A stretch of DNA of 23,912 nt from Chthoniobacteraceae bacterium (GCA_031409335.1 JANNWY010000209.1:1-23912), one strand, 5' to 3'; positions 9,751 to 19,203 are shown, numbered from the stretch's first letter. Numbers and translations are program-made. The notes: generated by a model from the sequence alone, not told the origin.

Positions 9751-9860
9751 GCCACTCGTTTGGTCGCGAACGGCTGGAGTGGATTGTCCACGAAAAACGC
9801 GAACTCGCCGCGCGGATTTCTGGTTTTGACACTCATCCCGCATTCATATAAAGCACGTCC

Positions 9861-10571
9861 ATGAATGCGTCTCAGGTTCTGCTCCCTCTCGTTGCCGGCG
9901 TCCTCCTTTTCAGCAGCCACTCGCTTCGCGCGGAGGAAAAAAACGGGGTAATGCTCACCGTCCAAAAAAAGACCCTCGACCGCAATGACACGCGCGGGGG
10001 CTACTACTATTCCGACCGCATCGATCGGACACAGGGTCTCGCAATCAAAGTCCGCAACACTTCGTTTAAGCCTCAGCCCGAAGGTGAAATCGAGTGGACC
10101 ATCATCGTTCGCCGCGCAGGCTACACCACGGGGGGGATCGACGGATTTACCGGGATTGAAAAGCTCAAGGCCCTCGCCGCGTCGGAAACCATCGACATGA
10201 TCGCGGGGGCCGCGCAGATCACCGGTTATCAGAACTACGATTACGCCAAGGACAAAATGGAATACCGGGTCATCGTCAAACAGGATGGCATCGAGAAAGT
10301 GCGGATGCAGACGACGCAGTCGTTTGACACGCTCGCCAAGCGCGCCCGGCTCACCAAGGCGAGTACTGGTGAAATACAATCCACCCCAAGCCCTGACGTC
10401 GCCAAACCCCGGGCGACGCCCGTTCCCGCCCCGCCGCGCCCCGCAGCCGCCACGCCGCGACCAATCGTGAAGCCGCCAGTCGCGCAACCTACGCCGCGTC
10501 CCGGCCCGAAGCCCAAGGAACCAGAAACGCCTTTGAACGGCGGCGCGATCGACGGCAGCGCGCCAAAGTAA
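9861..10571 (+). CDS. Secreted hypothetical protein with Pro-rich C-terminal tail
   Basis: Signal peptide MNASQVLLPLVAGVLLFSSHSLRA; beta-rich body; P/T/A/K/R low-complexity tail. TTGACA at 9826-9831 upstream. Confidence 0.7.
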   Translation: MNASQVLLPLVAGVLLFSSHSLRAEEKNGVMLTVQKKTLDRNDTRGGYYYSDRIDRTQGLAIKVRNTSFKPQPEGEIEWTIIVRRAGYTTGGIDGFTGIEKLKALAASETIDMIAGAAQITGYQNYDYAKDKMEYRVIVKQDGIEKVRMQTTQSFDTLAKRARLTKASTGEIQSTPSPDVAKPRATPVPAPPRPAAATPRPIVKPPVAQPTPRPGPKPKEPETPLNGGAIDGSAPK

Positions 10572-10729
10572 CTGCAACGCGCGCCGCGCAACCGGGCAGG
10601 AAGTGCCCGCACGGCAAAGGCGTTGGAGATGAGTGGGTCGTCTTCGAAGCTGTCCGGGCAGGCTCCGGTCCATGACCCGTCCGGACTCTGGCTCGTGACG
10701 AGGTCGGTGGTGAGTGCCTCGCGCTAAAG

Positions 10730-11217
10730 CGGTTCCCGCCCGGCAGTCCGGCATCGGGCAGGAGCACCGCGTATTTCATCCCGTACTCGCGCACCGGCAT
10801 CCGGCCCGCGCCCGGCTGGAAGTAATCGCCCACCACCGGCAACCGCTCGGGGAAGACGAAAATGTCGAGCTTCAGCCCGAAGAGATCGCGCACCGCGTTG
10901 TTGTATTCCATCCACGCGAGCCGCCGCAGCACTGCGCGCTCTGCGAGTGTCGGCTACGCGTCGCGCTTCGGCGGTGGCATCTGGTGCGATTCCACCTTTT
11001 TGAAAATCTCCTCCCAAACCGCGCGATCCGCCAGCACTGCCGCGTCCGCGCCGAAGCGTTTGAGGTTCACACCACCTTTTGGCTCCTTCTCATCGCCGTG
11101 ACAGTCGAAGCAGTGCTTTTTCAAAAGTGGCAGCACCTCGCGGGCAAAGTCCGCGGAAAGCAAAGTAGCTTGGACTTTAGTCCAAACGAAAAGCCACACA
11201 GCAACTCGGACTTTCAT
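10730..11217 (-). pseudogene. Decayed planctomycete-type cytochrome c (PSCyt)/DUF1587 domain gene
   Basis: PLLKKHCFDCHG (CxxCH), QMPP, in-frame TAG at 10954-10956, then the same frame continues PTLAERAVLRRLAWMEYNNAVRDLFG (DUF1587-like). Downstream domains are missing; 3' boundary is approximate. Confidence 0.75.
11165..11185 (+). repeat. REP copy 1 (GTAG + palindrome)
   Basis: GTAGC-TTGGACT-TT-AGTCCAA. Confidence 0.85.
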
Positions 11218-11234
11218 CGAAACGAGAAACGAAT

Positions 11235-11255
11235 TTGGACTTAAGTCCAAGCTAC
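11235..11255 (-). repeat. REP copy 2 (GTAG + palindrome)
   Basis: Minus strand GTAGC-TTGGACT-TA-AGTCCAA; forms an inverted doublet with copy 1; its TAG is the transposase stop codon. Confidence 0.85.
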
Positions 11256-11874
11256 TTTGACAGCGCATACTCGCCCTCCCTCAAACGCGCCTTGATCGGA
11301 TTCTCCGCGATGTAGCGGCGGTAGTGCGCCAACTGCTCTTCACTGCGGACGATGTGATCGTAAGGCTCCGGCTGCCACAACCGCCCCGCCCTACCGAGCC
11401 GCAGATTGATCGCCCGCGCACTCGCACCTTTCCAACCCTGCACAATGCCGCCGAGCGTCCACTTCGCCAGCCGCGTCACTAGCGCATGAATGTGATTCGG
11501 CATCACCACCCACGCATCGAGGTCGTAGCGTTCACCGTGATGTTGCAACAGAGCCGCGACGACAATCTCCCGAATCTCTGGCGCACGCAGAACACACGCC
11601 CCGTGACCCGCATCGAGCCACCGATGCCACTCGCAGTGAAGTGCCGGTGAAAGTCGTTGTGATCCTTGGCAGAGAGCTTGTCCAACTCCTCCGCTGTGCG
11701 GAGGCCACGCGCCCGCAGCCAGGTGTCCCGCTCATCGCGCCACTGCTCCAGCTTTTCGCGCGGCATCGAGTCTGCGAGGCGGGAAGTGACGAAATAAGTC
11801 ACGCCATCCTGCCGCCATTGCGGCAGATGCATCTCGTGGATGCGAACGGGTGCGTGCGGATCGAACGGCTTCAT
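11252..11874 (-). pseudogene. rayT: REP-associated tyrosine (Y1/HUH) transposase, frameshifted
   Basis: HLPQWRQDGVTYFVTSRLADS N-terminus; after a 1-nt frameshift near 11633 it continues EWHRWLDAGHGACVL...VVMPNHIHAL (HUH)...WKGASA...WQPEPYDHIVR...YIAENP (catalytic Tyr). Flanked by REPs. Confidence 0.88.
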
Positions 11875-11878
11875 AAAA

Positions 11879-11899
11879 GTAGCTTGGGCTTCAGCCCAA
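11879..11899 (+). repeat. REP copy 3 (GTAG + palindrome)
   Basis: GTAGC-TTGGGCT-TC-AGCCCAA, 4 nt upstream of the transposase ATG. Confidence 0.85.
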
Positions 11900-12036
11900 A
11901 ATCCCCCCGCAATCCATCCCGCATCCGCGGAGGAATTGCCGGAGCAACTGGCCGACAAGGGCGACAACGCAATGCACCCGGCGAGGTTTCCGCCCACGCG
12001 CCTTCCCGTCAGCTTTCATTTCGCTACGCTGCCCGG

Positions 12037-12726
12037 ATGAAACTCCTGCTCAGCAACGACGACGGAATCGAAGCCCCTGGCCTCGCAGCGCTGCTCGCCG
12101 CCACGCGCGATTTCGGCAAGCCCATCGTCGTCGCGCCTGCGGGTCCGCAATCCGGCGTGAGCCACATGATCACTTGGGAACGCGGAGTCCGACTCGAACC
12201 GCGCGGCGCGGATCGCTTCGCCGTGCATGGCACGCCCGCCGATTGTGCGCGGCTTGGTCTGCTCCGCGTCGCACCGGACACGCAGTGGGTGCTCAGCGGC
12301 ATCAATCACGGCGGCAATCTCGGCGCCGACATCTACTACTCCGGCACCGTCGCCGCCGTGCGCGAAGCCGTGCTCCACGGCTGGCCCGGCATCGCCTTCT
12401 CCCAATACCTTCGCGAAAACACGGAACTCGACTGGCCCCGCGCCACCCGCTGGGTCGCCCGCATTCTCCCCGATCTCCTTGCGCGCCCCGTCGAGCCCGG
12501 CCTTTTCTACAACGTCAACTTTCCCCACCTCGACGCCGACGCTCCCGAGCCAGAAATTCACTTCTGCCCGCTCGATCCAAACCCGCTCCCGCTCAGCTAT
12601 CGCCGCGAAGAAAACGGCCACCACATTTACGACGGCGACTACCAGGCGCGCCTCCGCGTTCCCGGCTCCGATGTGGACACCTGCTTCACCGGCCGCATCG
12701 CGGTGACGGCGGTGCGATTGTTTTAA
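12037..12726 (+). CDS. surE: 5'/3'-nucleotidase SurE
   Basis: LLSNDDGIEAPG, VVAP...QSGVSH, GTPADC, SGINHGGNLG, YSGTVAAVREA. Confidence 0.95.
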   Translation: MKLLLSNDDGIEAPGLAALLAATRDFGKPIVVAPAGPQSGVSHMITWERGVRLEPRGADRFAVHGTPADCARLGLLRVAPDTQWVLSGINHGGNLGADIYYSGTVAAVREAVLHGWPGIAFSQYLRENTELDWPRATRWVARILPDLLARPVEPGLFYNVNFPHLDADAPEPEIHFCPLDPNPLPLSYRREENGHHIYDGDYQARLRVPGSDVDTCFTGRIAVTAVRLF

Positions 12727-13610
12727 TCCCGCCGCACGCGGAGGAATGACGGGAACCGCGGCAGGCCTTTGGCCGTCAGCCCGCGAAAGCGATAGGTGAT
12801 GACTGCGCCGAAGGGCGGCGGCGATTCCCGCTGCGCATCGGTAAAGCCGGTGCCGATGGAAAACACGCGCCGATCCGCAGTGCGGACGCGGAGCGAGCCG
12901 AGCTTGCCCGCGAGTTTTCCCTTGCCGGGAAGATGCGCGATCACCGTGGCCTCCGCGTCATCGTGCGGTTTCACCTTCAGCAAAGTCGGCGAACGCCCCG
13001 CTGCATATTCCGACTCCGGCTTGCGCAACATCAGCCCTTCACCCCCGAGGCCCACCACGCGATCCCGCTCGGCAAGCAGATGCGCCGTTCCCGTGCAGCG
13101 CTCCTGCGGAACCGGTTTCACGAACTCGTTCTTCGCGGGCAAAGTCGCCTGCAAAAATTCCACGCGCTGCTCAAACGTCCCCTTCGCCTGCGGCGCATCG
13201 AAAACCATGAACCGCACCCGTTTCCAGCGCTCATCGGGAGTCCGCGAAAGCACCGTGCTGATCGCCTCCTCGAACTTCCCCCGACCCATCCACAACTCGC
13301 CATCCAGCGCGATGTCCGCCGGCAGTTCCGCGAGAAAATAATCCGGTGCCTGAATCGCATTCCCCTTCCGGCTCCACAGCTTCCGCCCATCCCAATATCC
13401 GCGCAGACCATCAAATTTTTCACTCATCCACCAGCCGGTCGGATCAATGGATTGACTCCAGACATTGGCGAGAAGCAGCGCCGGATTTTCCTTTTCCGCC
13501 TCCGTGTTCGCGGCGCGCGCAACCGCCGTTTGAGCCACTGAAAAGTGGGTGAAATGGATCGCCGCAAGTAGCGCCAGCAGCGCGCTGCGGAGACTTGATG
13601 GCGTCCTCAT
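12723..13610 (-). CDS. Minimal ATP-dependent DNA ligase with N-terminal signal peptide (Lig E-like)
   Basis: Motifs SEKFDG, LDGELW, FMVFD, EGLMLR, LLKVK and OB-domain GTGFTD...PRFPSF; hydrophobic leader MRTPSSLRSALLALLAAIHF...VARA. Confidence 0.9.
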   Translation of the reverse strand: MRTPSSLRSALLALLAAIHFTHFSVAQTAVARAANTEAEKENPALLLANVWSQSIDPTGWWMSEKFDGLRGYWDGRKLWSRKGNAIQAPDYFLAELPADIALDGELWMGRGKFEEAISTVLSRTPDERWKRVRFMVFDAPQAKGTFEQRVEFLQATLPAKNEFVKPVPQERCTGTAHLLAERDRVVGLGGEGLMLRKPESEYAAGRSPTLLKVKPHDDAEATVIAHLPGKGKLAGKLGSLRVRTADRRVFSIGTGFTDAQRESPPPFGAVITYRFRGLTAKGLPRFPSFLRVRRD

Positions 13611-13869
13611 GGCGCAAGGCTCGCGGAACCCGCGGCGCAGTGTCAATCCCACTAGCCACCGCAATCTCGCTTCGCGCCGGGGCGCCCGCGGCAGACCGGG
13701 GAACGCCGCCCCGACCGGCGAACCGTGGAGCCAGGCGGATGCTCGCACCGATTGGCGGACGGTGCCGCGCGGGTTTGCCTTTCCGCGGACTGCGCATCGC
13801 TGCCACCACGCTCCGGGTTCCGTAAAATCGAGATTGCGTTCCGCCACCGCATCCGCCCCAAATTGGCTG

Positions 13870-15174
13870 ATGCCCAGATTGCCAAAAAACCGCGCCGGCT
13901 TCCCGCTCGGCACGGTGATGATGTATGGCCCGACCGCGAAACGCGCCACGAAGTATGTCGCCGCGGTCTTCGCCGCGCCGGAATCGGAGCCCGTGGCTTT
14001 GAAGCGATGGTTCATCGCGCAGGGCGACATCCGCAATGACACGGAGGCAGCGGACGAGATCACCGCATTTTTCATGGCGCATAAGGTCCGCGAGACCGTC
14101 CACTCCGACCGCGTCACTGGCTGCCCGCACGAGGAGGGCGTGGACTATCCGCTCGGGCGCGAGTGCCCGGAGTGCCCATTCTGGGCGGAGACGGATCGCT
14201 TCACGCACGGGCCGAAATCGCCCGCGGACGATGACGGCCTCAGTGGCTACATCCCGGCGGAGGAAATCATCGTCGCGCTTTCCGAGGAGCGCGGACAGCC
14301 ACCGCGTGAAGCCTTCAAGGCCGCCGACGTGCGCTGCGAAGAAATCACGGATCGCCTTTTCGCCGCGCTGGAAGCCGGGCTGGCCGCGCCGTCCGGTGCT
14401 CCGGGCAAGCTCCGCCAGCTCTTCTGCCACGCGCTTTACCTCTTTGCAAAATGGCGCGAACCGCGCGCGTTTCCGTTCATGATTCGCCTGCTCTCGCTGC
14501 CGGGCGAAGGCGCGTCCGACCTTACGGACGACCTGGTCTCGGAGGCAGGCGCGAGGATTCTCGCTTCCGTCTGCGGCGGCGATCGCCCGGAAATCCGCGC
14601 GCTCGTCGAAAACCGCGACGCGAACGAATACCTCCGCAGCACCGCGCTCGATTCTCTCGCGGTCCTTTACGCATGGGGTGAGCTGCCGCGTGAGACGATC
14701 ATCGGCTACCTGCGCGAACTCATCACCGACAAGCTGGAGCGCGAGCACTCCTTCGTGTGGAACGAGATTGCCTGCCTCATCGCGGACCTTGAAGCCGCGG
14801 AAGTCGTGCCCATCTTGCGTGAGCCCTACGAGAAAGGCTTGGTGGACTCCTCCGTCATCGGGTGGAGTGCGATCGAAAAGCCTGTCTCATACACGGAGCG
14901 CCCACCCTTTGAGGAATTCCAGCACCGGCACCCGCCCGTTACCGACATAGCGCGCGAAACCGAATGGTGGGCGATGTACGAACGCATCGCCACAAAACGG
15001 GATGAGTATTCGGACGTTCCGGACTTCCCGGTCGATCAGGATTTTAAGGAGCACCCGCCAACTCGATACGACCCGCCAGCGCCCTTCATCGCCCCGCCAA
15101 GAACGGGTCGCAACGACCAGTGCCCCTGCGGCAGCGGGAAGAAATACAAAAAGTGCTGCGGGAAAAACGCGTAA
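13870..15174 (+). CDS. Fusion: N-terminal Cys/His domain + DUF1186-like helical domain + SEC-C motif
   Basis: YGP...TK and [11 protein letters not shown]...CPECPFW N-domain; [14 protein letters not shown]...LASVCGG...[13 protein letters not shown] (DUF1186-like); C-terminal [18 protein letters not shown]. Confidence 0.8.
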   Translation: MPRLPKNRAGFPLGTVMMYGPTAKRATKYVAAVFAAPESEPVALKRWFIAQGDIRNDTEAADEITAFFMAHKVRETVHSDRVTGCPHEEGVDYPLGRECPECPFWAETDRFTHGPKSPADDDGLSGYIPAEEIIVALSEERGQPPREAFKAADVRCEEITDRLFAALEAGLAAPSGAPGKLRQLFCHALYLFAKWREPRAFPFMIRLLSLPGEGASDLTDDLVSEAGARILASVCGGDRPEIRALVENRDANEYLRSTALDSLAVLYAWGELPRETIIGYLRELITDKLEREHSFVWNEIACLIADLEAAEVVPILREPYEKGLVDSSVIGWSAIEKPVSYTERPPFEEFQHRHPPVTDIARETEWWAMYERIATKRDEYSDVPDFPVDQDFKEHPPTRYDPPAPFIAPPRTGRNDQCPCGSGKKYKKCCGKNA

Positions 15175-15190
15175 CCGCCTCCATCCGATT

Positions 15191-16846
15191 ATGGCCTGGC
15201 GCTTTCACGAACACATCCTCCGCGGCGAACTCGACAACACCGTGCGCGGGCGCGTCGCCGGCCGCATCTGGCTCGCGGGTCTCGACGAGCCGCTGGTGCT
15301 GGATCTCCGCGGCGATTGCGCACCGGATCTTGCCGGGTGCCGGCTCACTTTCGAAAATCCCACGGCGCAACCCATGACGGAGCATCGGCCCTCGGCAGAC
15401 CAGAGCGGCTACGTGGGCGACATCACCGCTTCGCAGAAAGTCCGCATGCCGGATGTGCCGATCGAGGAATTCGTGCGGATGAAAGACGCGCCGTGGCACT
15501 GGGCGAACGCGCTCTACCTCGAATGGTACAGCGACGCCAACGGGCGTGTGGTCGTGCAGACGACCGACTTCACGCTCCAGATCTCCGCGCCGGAATGGAC
15601 GATGACCGACGCGGAATATCGCGCGAGCCGCGAAGCGAGCGGGCGGGAGCACATCGACTGGATGGAGGAATCCTTCGGCCCGCTCACCGTGCAGGCCGAG
15701 GTGGTGAATGTCGGCGATCTCGCGCAGGAACGTGAGGATGCCGAGGGCGAGGCATGGAAAGGCGCGGCGGACGAGGAGGACAAGTTCGAGGTCTTCGATC
15801 CCATCGAAGACGCGGAGTGGATGCCGGCGCGGGCCATCCTCGTGCGCGCAGGATTTACCCCGCGCCCGGTCACCGATGTCGGCCACGCGCAGCTCCGCGG
15901 ACGGCTTTGGGAGCTGATCTACGCGCTCGCGGCCCGGCGCATTTTTCTCCACTGCACCGATCACCTCAGCGATATCGCGCTCTACGAGTGGCTCGATGAA
16001 TTTCTCGATCGCGAGTGCGCCGATTGCCCGCCCGAGGCGGAGACGAACTACCGCGTGGATGTGTCCGAACGCGGCAGCGGCCCCGAACACGCCATGCACA
16101 ACTGGCTGCGCTACTACGCCAACGAAGCCGAGCGGCAGCAGTGGGCGAATGATTTTCCGGAGGACCGCATCCCGGCTTACGAGAAGCCGCCGTATGATCG
16201 CGACCGTTTCCTGCCCGAGCCGCCGATACCGCTGCCGACATGGGTGCCGCCCGAGGAGGAAGAAGACGACCCGCTCGGCCTTGGCGAGGTGGACAGCGAA
16301 ATCCGCATCGAGAACTTGAAAGAGGAGATCGCCGAAGCCACCGGCGGAGAATTCATGGAGACGGAATCCACCGCCGTGCCGCCCGCGGTGGAAGCGGCCT
16401 TTCTCGAACAAGTCCGCGACCTCGAACGCGACGGCTGGCAGCGCCCGATCGACTCACTCTCCGCGCAAGGGGCCGCGCCACTCCCTCCCGACGAACTCAG
16501 CGATGAAACGCTCACCCCGAGCCTCTGGCAACTCCTCCACAACCTCGCCTGCCGCGGCTTCTACGTCCTGCACACCGATCACCTCAGCGACCGCGCGCTC
16601 TACGAAATCCTGTGGCAACGCGGCCTCCGCGAAGAAGCCATCCTCCCCGGCCGCAGCCGGACCGGCGGCTACTTCTACGACACCATCGGCAGCTACGGCC
16701 CCGAGGACATGCAGATCTTCCACCGCTACTACGAGACCGAAGAAGCCCGCGCCCGCCACCTCGCCGAATCCCCCGACTCGAATCCACCCCCGCGCGAACG
16801 CCCGCCCTACTCCCGCGACTGGCGGCTGCCGAAGGGACCATTCTAA
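15191..16846 (+). CDS. Acidic hypothetical protein with an N-terminal beta domain and a duplicated C-terminal domain
   Basis: ATG 16 nt after the upstream stop; strong GC3 codon bias; two copies of LW.L...LA.R......TDHLSD.ALYE.L ... RYY ... PPY.RD..LP. Confidence 0.8.
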   Translation: MAWRFHEHILRGELDNTVRGRVAGRIWLAGLDEPLVLDLRGDCAPDLAGCRLTFENPTAQPMTEHRPSADQSGYVGDITASQKVRMPDVPIEEFVRMKDAPWHWANALYLEWYSDANGRVVVQTTDFTLQISAPEWTMTDAEYRASREASGREHIDWMEESFGPLTVQAEVVNVGDLAQEREDAEGEAWKGAADEEDKFEVFDPIEDAEWMPARAILVRAGFTPRPVTDVGHAQLRGRLWELIYALAARRIFLHCTDHLSDIALYEWLDEFLDRECADCPPEAETNYRVDVSERGSGPEHAMHNWLRYYANEAERQQWANDFPEDRIPAYEKPPYDRDRFLPEPPIPLPTWVPPEEEEDDPLGLGEVDSEIRIENLKEEIAEATGGEFMETESTAVPPAVEAAFLEQVRDLERDGWQRPIDSLSAQGAAPLPPDELSDETLTPSLWQLLHNLACRGFYVLHTDHLSDRALYEILWQRGLREEAILPGRSRTGGYFYDTIGSYGPEDMQIFHRYYETEEARARHLAESPDSNPPPRERPPYSRDWRLPKGPF

Positions 16847-16910
16847 GCGGCTGCAAGTAGCTCATGCGGCCCCCCGCATGAATTCAATCAACCCGCGAAT
16901 CGCCGCGCTT

Positions 16911-17147
16911 TCACGCATCGCCATCTCCGCCAATCGTATCCGTTGGGCAGGAACCCAGAGCATCCTGGGCGAGGGCATATTCCTTGGGAGTCGCAGGCTG
17001 CTTCCAGACGTAGGTGAAGCCGTTGGCGTCGTCGCGGCGAAAGGTGCCTGGCGCAGTTTCGCGGCATAGGTCGCAGTCGATGCACGTGTCGTCCACGTAG
17101 AAGGGGCCGGGGACGTTGAGTGGGGTTTTGAGAGTTCGATCAGCCAT
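16911..17147 (-). CDS. Single-cluster 4Fe-4S ferredoxin
   Basis: FYVDDTCIDCDLCRETAP ... CPTDTI; 78 aa. Confidence 0.9.
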   Translation of the reverse strand: MADRTLKTPLNVPGPFYVDDTCIDCDLCRETAPGTFRRDDANGFTYVWKQPATPKEYALAQDALGSCPTDTIGGDGDA

Positions 17148-17200
17148 AGTTTTGTTTGGTTCGGTGGGAAAATGGCTGGCAGTCGTTGTTGTGGAAAATT

Positions 17201-17213
17201 TATTAGCGGAATA
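17201..17213. promoter_or_regulatory. Putative LysR T-N11-A box
   Basis: TATT-AGCGG-AATA dyad in the AT-rich gap between the divergent ferredoxin and LysR genes. Confidence 0.45.
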
Positions 17214-17218
17214 GACTG

Positions 17219-18145
17219 ATGCAGATCGTGAATCAGTATCTCGCCACCGTTCCCTTCGATCTCTACGAACTGCATCTGCTCCAACTCGTCGCGCAGCACA
17301 GCTCCTTCACCCGCGCCGCCGCGCAGGCCGGGCTGACCCAGAGCGCCATCACCCGGCAGGTTCAGGGTGTGGAGGCACGGCTCGGCATCCCGCTTTTCGA
17401 ACGCACCACACGCCGCGTGGTCGTCACCAATGCGGGAAAATTCCTGCTGCAGGAAGGCTCACGCCTGATCGGCGACATCGACGCCGTGCTCATCGGAATA
17501 CGGGAGCGGTTCACGGACGCGCCGAAGGAAATTCGCGTCGGTGTCTCGCAGACCATCGGCTTTTCCTACCTCCCCGGCCTCTTCGCAGCGCAGCGCAAGC
17601 GCCGCCCCGACGTCAAATTACGCGTGGTCCATCAGCCGAGCAGCGCGCTTTTCACGCAACTCGACGCGAACGAACTCGACCTCGCCATCCTCTGCCCGCC
17701 CCGCCGATTACCGGTTTCCATGCGCGTCACCCATCGCTTCGATGATGCCTTCACCCTGATCCTCCCACCCGGCCTCACCCCACCCACGCCGCGTCCTTCG
17801 CGGCAACCCGCGCGCTGGCGCGAGTGGCTGCGCGGGCAGGAGTGGCTGCTCATTAATGACGGATCACACACCGGCACGCGGCTGCGCGCCTGGCTGCTCC
17901 AAAATGGCTGGCTGGCCCCGCACGTTTCGCAACTCGACAGCTTTGACCTCATCATCAATCTCGTCGCGCTTGGGCAGGGCATCAGCCTCGTTCCGCAGCG
18001 TGCGCTCGCGCTTTACGTCCGGCGGCGGAAAGTGCAGCGCTTCGAGACGGCGCAGAAATTCACCCGCCAAATCGTCGTCCTCACCCGACGCCATCCGAAA
18101 CCGCCACTGCATGTGAGCGAGTTTGTGGAGAACATCCTGTTCTGA
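17219..18145 (+). CDS. LysR-family transcriptional regulator
   Basis: SFTRAA...LTQSAITRQVQGVEARLGIPLFERTTRRVVVTNAG HTH; ELDLAI; LVALGQGISLVP. Start could be GTG 17228. Confidence 0.95.
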   Translation: MQIVNQYLATVPFDLYELHLLQLVAQHSSFTRAAAQAGLTQSAITRQVQGVEARLGIPLFERTTRRVVVTNAGKFLLQEGSRLIGDIDAVLIGIRERFTDAPKEIRVGVSQTIGFSYLPGLFAAQRKRRPDVKLRVVHQPSSALFTQLDANELDLAILCPPRRLPVSMRVTHRFDDAFTLILPPGLTPPTPRPSRQPARWREWLRGQEWLLINDGSHTGTRLRAWLLQNGWLAPHVSQLDSFDLIINLVALGQGISLVPQRALALYVRRRKVQRFETAQKFTRQIVVLTRRHPKPPLHVSEFVENILF

Positions 18146-18244
18146 TCGCACCGAAAAGGGATTTCGAGACAAGGTCCGACAAGCACCCCTGCCGCCGCAC
18201 TTGTCCCCCGCCCGGCCAAAGGCCATGCTGCGCGGGCAACTAAG

Positions 18245-18574
18245 ATGAAAGACCACCGCCTCATCGACGAACGCAGTCTGGCCTTCGACCGTCTCATCGC
18301 CGCGAAACTGCGCGACCAACCGGCGCTGCTGGAGACCGCGAGAGGCAACCTCGCGCGGTGGCTGGAAACATGTTCCGCCGGGACCAAGCCTGCTCTGCTC
18401 GAATGGCAACGCCTGCTCGCCGGTCCCTTCGGTGAACTCCTCTCGCTTCTCGAGGCGACCGACGAGCGCGCCACCCGCCTTCGCCAGTCGAGCCCCTTCT
18501 GCGGCATCCTCACACCCGACGAACGCCTCAGCATCCTTCGAGAGTTCCAAGCCCGTGAATCGCACGCAGCTTGA
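18245..18574 (+). CDS. Small helical protein, putative antitoxin/partner of the downstream nucleotidyltransferase
   Basis: 109 aa, ERSLAF...ARGNLARW...EWQRLL...LRQSSPFCGILTPDER; overlaps the start of the next gene. Confidence 0.7.
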   Translation: MKDHRLIDERSLAFDRLIAAKLRDQPALLETARGNLARWLETCSAGTKPALLEWQRLLAGPFGELLSLLEATDERATRLRQSSPFCGILTPDERLSILREFQARESHAA

Positions 18575-19089
18575 GCACATCATCCGCGCTGCCGCCGGCA
18601 ACGCGGACACGACCGAAATCGTCATCATCGGCAGCCAGGCGATTCTCGGCACCTATCCCGACGCGCCCGATGAATTGCTCGTCTCCATGGAAGCGGATGT
18701 CTTCCCACGCGACCGTCCGCAAGACTCGATCCTGATCGATGGCGGCATTGGCGAACGCTCGGTCTTTCACGCAACCTTCGGCTACTACGCGCACGGCGTG
18801 GATGAAACCACGGCCACGCTCCCCGCAGGCTGGGCGCGAGCGGCTCGTCCCGATCCACAATGAAAACACCCGCTGCGCGACCGGCTGGTGCCTCGAAGTC
18901 CACGACCTCGCCGTGAGCAAACTCGTCGCCGGTCGCGAGAAGGACCTCACGTTCATCACCGCGCTCTTCCGCCACCATCTCGCCACGCCGGAACTCGTGC
19001 CCGCGCGCCTCGCCGGGACACCGCTCCCGGAGCCCGCCCGCACCCTCGCCGCCGACCGGCTCCATCGGCTCCACTCCAGAGGTGGCTAG
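18555..19089 (+). pseudogene. DUF6036-like nucleotidyltransferase, frameshifted
   Basis: GTG start; IIGSQAILG, SMEADV, FHATFGYYAHGV, LPAGW, then after one extra G near 18834 RERLV...CLEVHDLAVSKLVAGREKD. Confidence 0.78.
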
Positions 19090-19203
19090 GCGAAGGCGGG
19101 CCGTCTGCGCTTTCCGTTTCCAGCGATAGCGAGGGCTTGAAACGCCATCGTCCGCTTGCTGCGCAGCCTTGTCTTCCCCTGATCGCTCGCGCAACGTGGC
19201 GGC

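Noticed and set aside
8582..9864. Long antisense and alternate-frame ORFs over glnII (similar ones over the dehydrogenase, DapA-like, DUF1186 and 15191 genes)
   Set aside because: Shadow ORFs expected from high GC3 codon bias.
10954..10956. In-frame TAG as programmed readthrough or recoding
   Set aside because: The gene has other lesions, and TAG serves as a normal stop in several genes here.
11641..12036. 132-aa N-terminal extension of the SurE ORF
   Set aside because: It overlaps the RAYT gene antisense; SurE homology starts at ATG 12037.
13660..13838. 10-bp inverted repeat cgcaatctcg / cgagattgcg in the divergent gap
   Set aside because: Too short and too widely spaced to support a call.
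13549..14117. Apparent long overlap between the ligase and DUF1186 ORFs
   Set aside because: It disappears with starts at 13610 (-) and 13870 (+).
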